Positions 1 through 5,859 of a DNA stretch of 10,928 nucleotides are shown one piece after another. A program made the position numbers and the translations under genes. Positions within the stretch are counted from its first letter, which is position 1; every line of letters starts with the position of its first letter. The stretch is from a bacterium (GTDB lineage Bacteria > SZUA-182 > DTGQ01), in the NCBI GenBank assembly GCA_040752695.1, contig JBFMGO010000149.1, forward strand, positions 1 through 10,928. Direction: 5' to 3'. The notes beneath the pieces were generated by a model. The model did not search any database, was not told the DNA's origin, and worked only from the letters and a program-made list of their open reading frames with translations.

Positions 1-180
1 GCCACCATACAGGCCGCTGGTGCCATAGTAACCGCCATACAGGCCGCTGGTGCCATACAGGCCACCATACAGGCCGCTGGTGCCATAGTAACCGCCATAC
101 AGGCCGCTGGTGCCATACAGGCCACCATACAGGCCGCTGGTGCCATAGTAACCGCCATACAGGCCGCTGGTGCCATACAG
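1..180. repeat. Perfect 60-bp tandem repeat x3 (two alternating 30-bp subunits), coding; truncated by window edge
   Basis: 1-60, 61-120 and 121-180 are identical. The subunits GCCACCATACAGGCCGCTGGTGCCATAGTA and ACCGCCATACAGGCCGCTGGTGCCATACAG alternate. Degenerate LYGG-coding units continue to about 220. Confidence 0.97.
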
Positions 181-369
181 ACCGCCATATAAGCCGCCGT
201 ACAGCCCGCTTCCATAGTAGCTGTATAAGCTGGCTAACTGCTCGTCTTCTCTCACAACGCTTGAGTCACTACTTTCCTGGGCTTGAGCCGCAGGTATGGT
301 AATCATCAATCCAGTAACTAAAACAGCAATAATAGCTGTGGTAACTCTCAAAAACCAATGATCTCTCAT
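1..369 (-). CDS. Secreted Gly/Tyr-rich tandem-repeat protein, 5' part only (continues past window start)
   Basis: Manual translation from ATG at 369-367, preceded by SD AAGGAG: MRDHWFLRVTTAIIAVLVTGLMITIPAAQA|QESSDSSVVREDEQLASLYSYYGSGLYGGLYGG(LYGTSGLYGGYYGTSGLYGG)x3. There are 123 codons with no stop. The N-terminus looks like a Sec signal peptide with an A-Q-A cleavage motif. It is likely absent from the ORF track because its stop lies outside the window. Confidence 0.88.
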   Translation of the reverse strand, partial: MRDHWFLRVTTAIIAVLVTGLMITIPAAQAQESSDSSVVREDEQLASLYSYYGSGLYGGLYGGLYGTSGLYGGYYGTSGLYGGLYGTSGLYGGYYGTSGLYGGLYGTSGLYGGYYGTSGLYGG

Positions 370-1192
370 TTCTCGCTCCTTCGATTTACAACCAATGCAG
401 TTTAAAATAAGGTGGGATAAGACGCATAATGCTCATGCATATGCTAAAGAGTCTATGAATTAAGATGCTGTTTGTATCACCTCCTTCTTCCGACCATCTT
501 GATTTATTGAGACTTTTTATTTTTCAAGTCAGAAGAACCTGCAAACCGGCCAATACCTTAAAAGAAACGGCAGGGACTGACCATGCTTGCAGGCCGAACA
601 CTCATGTCATGGGGTGAGAGTATAGAGATGGACAAATCAGCGTAGGATTCCATTGGTCCCTTCCCCCCTTATAAGTAATGATATGCTCACCAAATTCCTC
701 CCCCTTGATGCAAAAGACTCCCTCCAGTGGGGAAGGTGATGTAGCCGGAAAAGGTAATCTTCTTCCTTCACCTCCTCCCTCATGGGAAGGTAATTTGATT
801 TTTCTCCCGGGCATAGAGGAGACTTTCTCACCTTCAAAGGGAAAAAAAAATGTCCTCCCCTTAAGGTTTTATGGCAGGTATGGGAATTAATAGTATCCCT
901 TTAAACTGGAGTTGCCCTTTATTCATAATTGCTTATGTAGATAGACAAGATTATGCGGGATACTGTTCTTTAAAGGAGGGAATTCGCCTCTTTTTTCAGG
1001 AAAGTCATCCACCCTTGAGGTATTTTCGGTGAATAATCTCGTGCCTGTTCAGCCTTTAATCCCCCGGCTCCCATGGTTAAATTACGTGCACCTCTCTTAT
1101 GAGAGAGGCTGCCAGTATTCAGTGTTAAAAAGCAGACTGCACCCCCTGATACCTGCTCAGTATGGCCTCATCAGCGGGTTGTGCTCCTAAAT

Positions 1193-1468
1193 TTAACCTT
1201 TAGACGTTGCCAGGGCATTAACCTTACGCATAAGCTGGGATTTTTTCCGTGCTGCGTTGTTTTTATGAATGATATTTTTTAAAGCCGCTCTATCAAGAGC
1301 AGAAATCGCCTCTTTTAAGGCAGATTGTGCCTGCTCAGGATTATTTTCTGTGACCAGGGTAAAGACCTTCTTGACTGTGGAACGCAAAGCGGATCGCCGG
1401 CTGCGATTTCTTAAGTTTCTGACTTTATTTTGTCTTATTCTTTTTTTGACTGATAAATGCTCTGGCAT
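1193..1468 (-). CDS. rpsT: 30S ribosomal protein S20
   Basis: The 91-aa basic protein has S20 motifs (SVKKRIRQN..RNLRNRSRRSALRS.VKK; LDRAA.K.IIHKNNAARKKSQL). It has an SD AAGGAG and lies divergent from murJ, a commonly conserved arrangement. Confidence 0.97.
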   Translation of the reverse strand: MPEHLSVKKRIRQNKVRNLRNRSRRSALRSTVKKVFTLVTENNPEQAQSALKEAISALDRAALKNIIHKNNAARKKSQLMRKVNALATSKG

Positions 1469-1623
1469 TTCTCACTCCTTGCATAAATAATGTTAGTTGA
1501 GGGTTTATTTACAAATTAAAATTAGATACAATGAGCATCGACTCGGATTTTGGAGCGGTCTTTCTCCCTCTCCTTACAGGTATCACAGCGGAGCCGGGTG
1601 ACAGTTGACGCCGTAGAAAATCA

Positions 1624-1652
1624 ATTATACCAATAAATGTATCGTATCACAA
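1624..1652 (-). promoter_or_regulatory. Putative sigma70 promoter for rpsT
   Basis: The minus strand reads TTGTGA (1652-1647), a 17-bp spacer, then TATAAT (1629-1624), with an extended -10 TG (TGgTATAAT). Confidence 0.65.
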
Positions 1653-1680
1653 CCACTTTTTCGCTGAGGCTTCACAATCA

Positions 1681-3315
1681 ATGCATGATAACTTTCAGGA
1701 TTCAAAGCAAATGGCAAAAGCAATGTCAAGTATACCCATAAAATCAGAAGAGCAATCCCGGTCTGCTCATAAAAACCTAGTTATTTCGGCAGGAATTATC
1801 AGCGGGGCTACCCTGTTCAGCCGGATTCTTGGATTCCTGCGAGACATGATTATGGCCAATATGTTCGGTGCTGAAATAGTCACCGATGCTTTCCTGGTCG
1901 CCTTTCGGCTCCCGGATCTTCTTCGTCGTCTCATGGGAGAGGGAGCTTTAAGCGCCTCCTTTGTTCCGGTTTTTACTGAGTACCTCCATAAAAAAGAGGA
2001 ACAGGAGAGTTGGGAACTGGTCAACAACCTGATCAGTCTGACGATCATCATTCTGATTGTCATAGTGATCCTCTCCATCCTGTTTGCTCCCTGGATCATT
2101 AAGATCTGCGCTCCAGGGTACACCATGTCTCAGCGTAAGTTGTACTTGACCACTCTCCTGGCCAGAATTCTCTTTCCCTATATCTTCTTCATTGGAGTGG
2201 GCTCTCTTGCCATGGGCATCTTGAATTCTCTCAATCACTTTCTGGCCCCCGCCTTAAGTCCTGCGCTCCTCAACATAGGTATCATCAGCGGCGCTTATCT
2301 TATCTCTCCCAGATTAAAAGAGCCTATCGTCGGCCTGGCCATCGGCGTATTGCTGGGCGGATTGGCCCAGCTTATCTTTGAACTTCCCATTTTAATCCAT
2401 AAGGGTTTGAAGTTTCAGTTTGCCCTGAACTTTCACCATGAGGGCTTAAGGCGAATCGGGACCTTGATGCTCCCATCGGCCTTTGGATTGGCTGTAGGGG
2501 AAATCAACAGCATGATCGATACCGTATGCGCAACTTTCCTGCCGGAAGGCAGTGTATCGTATCTTTACTACAGTAACCGACTCATCCAATTCCCTCAAGG
2601 ATTATTTGCCATGGCTATAGGAACAGCTATCCTGCCTGCCATGTCAGGGCAGGCAGCCCGTGGAGAAATCAACGACTTAAAGGAGACCTTCTCGTTCGGA
2701 CTGCGACTGGTAATGTTCATCACCCTCCCGGCAACTGCCGGCCTCATCCTTTGCCGCCATTCGATCATTCGTATCCTGTTTCAACGGGGAGCCTTTACCG
2801 CCGAAGCAACGCAAGCCACGGCTACGGCCCTTCTCTTATATGCAATCGGCCTCTTTGCCTATGCCGGCGTATCAGTAATCGTTCCGGTATTTTACTCTTT
2901 CCAGGACACCAGGACACCGGTTAATATCGCCAGCATCTGTTTGATCTTGAATATCTGCATGAATATTGTCCTGATGTGGCCGCTCAAGCATGGGGGACTG
3001 GCTCTGGCAACCTCCTTATCGTCAACCTTTCAATTCTTTTTTCTTGCCTATTATCTGAGAAAAAAAATGGGGCCTTTGGGCGGAAGAAAAATATCCATCT
3101 CCTGCCTGAAAATAGTCGGGGCCAGCAGCCTGACCGGCGCAGTGGCCTGGGGCATGATCCAGTATGGTACGCTGCATGCCTTGTCCCGCACATCCCAGGT
3201 ACTCGCCTTGATGTTAATCATCTTTATCTCAAGCTTAGTATATGCCGGCATCTCATACCTCATGGGAAGTCCTGAGATGTTTTTTCTGATAGATACCCTG
3301 AGGAGAAAAATTTAA
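1681..3315 (+). CDS. murJ: Lipid II flippase MurJ (MviN); true start may be a downstream ATG (1711 or 1723)
   Basis: MurJ signatures are present: SRILGFLRD, DAFLVAFRLPDLLRRLMGEGALSASFVPVF, YSNRLIQFPQG, FYSFQDTRTPV, GLALATSLS. The protein has many hydrophobic segments. Confidence 0.96.
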   Translation: MHDNFQDSKQMAKAMSSIPIKSEEQSRSAHKNLVISAGIISGATLFSRILGFLRDMIMANMFGAEIVTDAFLVAFRLPDLLRRLMGEGALSASFVPVFTEYLHKKEEQESWELVNNLISLTIIILIVIVILSILFAPWIIKICAPGYTMSQRKLYLTTLLARILFPYIFFIGVGSLAMGILNSLNHFLAPALSPALLNIGIISGAYLISPRLKEPIVGLAIGVLLGGLAQLIFELPILIHKGLKFQFALNFHHEGLRRIGTLMLPSAFGLAVGEINSMIDTVCATFLPEGSVSYLYYSNRLIQFPQGLFAMAIGTAILPAMSGQAARGEINDLKETFSFGLRLVMFITLPATAGLILCRHSIIRILFQRGAFTAEATQATATALLLYAIGLFAYAGVSVIVPVFYSFQDTRTPVNIASICLILNICMNIVLMWPLKHGGLALATSLSSTFQFFFLAYYLRKKMGPLGGRKISISCLKIVGASSLTGAVAWGMIQYGTLHALSRTSQVLALMLIIFISSLVYAGISYLMGSPEMFFLIDTLRRKI

Positions 3316-3343
3316 CCTTTCTTTGTAAGGAGAAAAACGAGGA

Positions 3344-3667
3344 ATGAACAAAGAAGAAGATATAAAGTCCAAAAACCAGCCGCGAATCACTGTCAGCATC
3401 AGCGATGAAGTTGAAAAAGGCATCTATGTAAACCAGGCCATTATCGGCCATTCCCAAAAGGAATTCGTCATTGACCTGGGTTTTTTGGCCCCTCCGGGAA
3501 ATAAGATAAAAGTACAGGCACGGGTAATCACAAACCCGGTTGACGCCAAAATTCTCTACCTTTTCTTAAAAGAAAATATCGAAAAATATGAAGAGAGATT
3601 CGGTGCCATTCCGGTCCAGGTCCAGAAAATGCCCCCCCGTCCGGATGGATCATCGCCCATCCATTAG
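3344..3667 (+). CDS. DUF3467-like conserved hypothetical protein
   Basis: The pattern GIYVN...I.HS.KEFVIDLG......KVQARVITNP..AK.L...LKENIEKYEERFGAI resembles DUF3467 proteins. An AAGGAG/GAGG SD lies upstream. Confidence 0.8.
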   Translation: MNKEEDIKSKNQPRITVSISDEVEKGIYVNQAIIGHSQKEFVIDLGFLAPPGNKIKVQARVITNPVDAKILYLFLKENIEKYEERFGAIPVQVQKMPPRPDGSSPIH

Positions 3668-3855
3668 CCATCGATAACCGCGATAGCCGCTCCTTTATAA
3701 ATCCACTGCGTCCATTGATAGAGCCATTGTTTCAAGTGTGAGATTCAAGGGCGAAAAAGTAGTAATAAAGTAGTAATCATGAGGGAAAAATGCTATGATT
3801 AAGTCTGATAACTTTCCTTAACTATAGTGATTTGGTTATGGGGGATGATTGTCTT

Positions 3856-4326
3856 ATGAAATGTCCATACTGTAAGTTTTCAGAAAGCAAGGTTCTGGAC
3901 TCCCGGGATAGCGAGGGAGGTGTATCGGTGCGAAGGAGAAGGGAATGCCTTGAATGCGGACGGAGGTTCACCACCTACGAACGGCTGGAGGAAATCCCTT
4001 GTACGGTGATCAAAAAGGATAACCGACGGGAACCCTTTGACCGGAAAAAAGTGCTGAGCGGATTGATGAAAGCCTGCGAAAAAAGACCGATCAGTCTCTA
4101 TATCCTGGAAGAATTCGTGAACCGGGTTGAGGAAAAAATCCAAGACGCCCGTGGTAAGGAGATGAAAAGCAGCGAGCTTGGGGAAATGGTCATGGATTGG
4201 CTGTATGATCTGGACGAAATTGCTTATGTACGATTTGCTTCAGTATACCGGCAGTTTAAGGATATTAACCAATTTATGAGCGAATTGCAGGAAATCTCAA
4301 ACAACCGGACTTCCGGCATAAAGTGA
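3856..4326 (+). CDS. nrdR: Transcriptional repressor NrdR (Zn ribbon + ATP cone)
   Basis: MKCPYC...SKVLDSR...VRRRRECLECGRRFTTYE, VIKKDNRREPFDRKK, ACEKRP and IAYVRFASVYRQFKD are all present. The start is moved to ATG 3856 to give the canonical MKCP N-terminus. Confidence 0.97.
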   Translation: MKCPYCKFSESKVLDSRDSEGGVSVRRRRECLECGRRFTTYERLEEIPCTVIKKDNRREPFDRKKVLSGLMKACEKRPISLYILEEFVNRVEEKIQDARGKEMKSSELGEMVMDWLYDLDEIAYVRFASVYRQFKDINQFMSELQEISNNRTSGIK

Positions 4327-4546
4327 TTTTTGGCAGGCAAAAACCCGGCTGGCCAACTCAAAAAAGAACCGCTTTGCCAACGCAAGGAAAGAAGGATTGT
4401 CAGGGTAAGCAGATTGCCAAGGCAAGCAGTATCGCCAAGGCAAGGAAAGCAGAATTGCCACCGGGATTAAAGGTATCGGGGTTATCGGGATTAATGATAT
4501 ACTGGATACCATGAAAAGAAGATCCAGGTAATGAAGGAGCATACAC

Positions 4547-4828
4547 ATGAAGGTTCGAGCTCATCTGTTCGTTTCAGGGATGGTTCAGGGGGTATTTTTT
4601 CGGTCCTCTACCCAATCGGAGGCTAACCGGCTCGGTGTGCAGGGATGGGTAAGAAACCTGGGTGATGGCAGGGTGGAAGTTGTGGCTGAAGGAGAAAAAG
4701 CGGATGTCGAGAAACTGGTAGCCTGGTGTCATCATGGCCCTGTTGGCGCAAGAGTGATAAAAGTCGAATCAAGATGGGAGGGTTATACAGGAGAATATTC
4801 CTCCTTTTCAATTTCCTATGCCTATTAA
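4547..4828 (+). CDS. acyP: Acylphosphatase
   Basis: The signatures [28 protein letters not shown] and WCHHGP..ARV are present, with an SD AAGGAG. Confidence 0.95.
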   Translation: MKVRAHLFVSGMVQGVFFRSSTQSEANRLGVQGWVRNLGDGRVEVVAEGEKADVEKLVAWCHHGPVGARVIKVESRWEGYTGEYSSFSISYAY

Positions 4829-5126
4829 GAGGCCTGAAACCCAATTATAGATGCATGCATGAGGATGCCCACTGTTGAAAGTTTTAGGATGGGCTCTCAA
4901 TAGACTATATCAGATCGAGCAAGATACCGGTTCTCATGGCTCGCCGGAGACGAAGCTGAAAAAGCCCTGCATCGACTGACTGCCAGGACTTGCAGACTTA
5001 TTCGAACTTTTGCTTTTGCCCTCAGGAAAAAACAGATATGCAGGGAAAACAGATACGCATGAAAGATGTATATAGTAAGTAAAAATTACTTATACAGGAA
5101 AAAGATGCGCACAGAGTAAATAGTAT

Positions 5127-5156
5127 TTGACAAGAATCTCTAAGGCATGATAAATT
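5127..5156 (+). promoter_or_regulatory. Putative sigma70 promoter for the tRNA pair
   Basis: TTGACA (5127-5132), an 18-bp spacer, then TAAATT (5151-5156) with an extended -10 TG. It ends 18 nt before tRNA-Val. Confidence 0.7.
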
Positions 5157-5174
5157 ATGTCAGTTAACAACATC

Positions 5175-5246
5175 GGGCGGGTAGCTCAGCGGGGGAGCAT
5201 CGGCCTTACAAGCCGGGGGTCACAGGTTCGAATCCTGTTCCGCCCA
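5175..5246 (+). tRNA. tRNA-Val (anticodon TAC); CCA not encoded
   Basis: Acceptor stem GGGCGGG/TCCGCCC, D arm GCTC..GAGC, anticodon arm TCGGC-CTTACAA-GCCGG, T arm ACAGG-TTCGAAT-CCTGT. Confidence 0.95.
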
Positions 5247-5313
5247 TAGTCTGCGATACAGAGCTTGTAATATTAATGTTATAGAAAAATTTGATATGGA
5301 AAAATAAAAAAAT

Positions 5314-5391
5314 GGGGTCGTAGTTCAGCTTGGTTAGAACGCCGGCCTGTCACGCCGGAGGTCGCGAGTTCGAGCCTCGTCGGCCCCGCCA
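5314..5391 (+). tRNA. tRNA-Asp (anticodon GTC), CCA encoded
   Basis: Acceptor stem GGGGTCG/CGGCCCC followed by GCCA, anticodon arm CCGGC-CTGTCAC-GCCGG, T arm GCGAG-TTCGAGC-CTCGT. Confidence 0.96.
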
Positions 5392-5399
5392 TTTAAATC

Positions 5400-5438
5400 A
5401 AGGGGTTAGCTGAAATAGCTAACCCCTTTGTTGTTTCT
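5400..5438 (+). terminator. Intrinsic terminator-like hairpin after tRNA-Asp
   Basis: A perfect 12-bp stem AAGGGGTTAGCT-GAAAT-AGCTAACCCCTT (5400-5428) is followed by T-rich TGTTGTTTCT. Confidence 0.75.
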
Positions 5439-5565
5439 GGTTGCGTATGGGTTGCGGGTTTGTTGCGTCGAGTATAGGATCATCGAGACTGTTTACAGCT
5501 TTCTTATTTCCTTCCGGAGCAAGGTGGCCATAAATATCAACCGTAACTTTTATACTATGGTGTCC
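5419..5565 (-). pseudogene. C-terminal remnant of a tyrosine recombinase/phage-type integrase
   Basis: Manual translation gives GHHSIKVTVDIYGHLAPEGNKKAVNSLDDPILDATNPQPIRNQKQQRG*. This matches the integrase C-terminal (L)GH.SI..T.D.Y.H motif with the catalytic Tyr. It converges on the tRNA 3' end, and the resemblance stops at the IS630-like end. Confidence 0.85.
5440..5467. repeat. Three GTTGCG direct repeats at 11-bp period (putative integrase arm-type sites)
   Basis: GTTGCG occurs at 5440, 5451 and 5462, about 50-75 bp downstream of the tRNA-Asp 3' end. Confidence 0.6.
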
Positions 5566-5567
5566 TA

Positions 5568-5859
5568 TAGCGATTTTCACTTGAACGGACAACGGAAAGT
5601 GGTATTCTTTCTAAGAGAGATAATTTTATTGTGTAGATTTAATAATTAATTACTTTAAGTAGGAAGAATTAATAATGAGGCCATATTCGTTAGACTTAAG
5701 GGAGAGAATTATTGAGGCATTCTTTCATAAAGAGGGTTCGATTCGTGAATTAGCCAGCCGGTTTAAAGTTAGTTTTCGTTTTGTTTGGGGGTTAATCGAC
5801 CGATATCGGAAAACAGGCAGTATGGCCCCCAAACCTCATGGTGGCGGGTATCCTCCTAA
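5568..5859 (+). mobile_element. Truncated IS630-family element (left end + 5' of transposase)
   Basis: It begins TA|TAGCGATTTTCACTTGAACGG right where the integrase homology ends, and IS630 elements insert at TA. The downstream ORF is an IS630-type N-terminal HTH, interrupted at 5860 by an IS1634-type end. Confidence 0.75.
5675..5859 (+). pseudogene. IS630-family transposase N-terminal HTH fragment
   Basis: MRPYSLDLRERII...GSIRELASRFKVS..FV..LIDRYRKTGSMAPKPHGGG.PP is a typical IS630 N-terminus. The ORF-track extension to 5959 reads into the neighbouring IS, and there is no DDE domain. Confidence 0.85.

Noticed and set aside
1..180. CRISPR array
   Set aside because: The units are contiguous with no unique spacers, and the repeat is in frame within a signal-peptide-bearing ORF.
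538..593. c-di-GMP-I riboswitch-like words (GCAAACC...GAAA...GGGAC) inside a CCTGCAA/TTGCAGG stem
   Set aside because: The spacing and second stem do not fit the consensus, and the orientation is opposite to the adjacent gene. Only a 7-bp stem is supported.
602..890. Three short overlapping ORFs (602-814, 637-837, 678-890)
   Set aside because: They show no recognisable motifs, overlap each other, and their composition is explained by purine/pyrimidine tracts. A small peptide cannot be fully excluded.
1091..1108. Hairpin CCTCTCT-TATG-AGAGAGG as the rpsT terminator
   Set aside because: It has no adjacent U-tract on the minus strand and lies about 85 nt from the stop, so support is insufficient.
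1269..4844. Alternative-frame and antisense ORFs overlapping rpsT, murJ, DUF3467, nrdR and acyP, plus 4323-4514
   Set aside because: They are shadows of well-supported genes, or they span the repeat-rich spacer without an SD or recognisable motifs.
5175..5246. tRNA-Val as a pseudogene (G instead of the usual A at position 21; no encoded CCA)
   Set aside because: All stems pair, position 21 remains a purine, and CCA can be added post-transcriptionally.
5428..5649. 73-aa + strand ORF
   Set aside because: It is the antisense shadow of the integrase remnant and the IS630 end.
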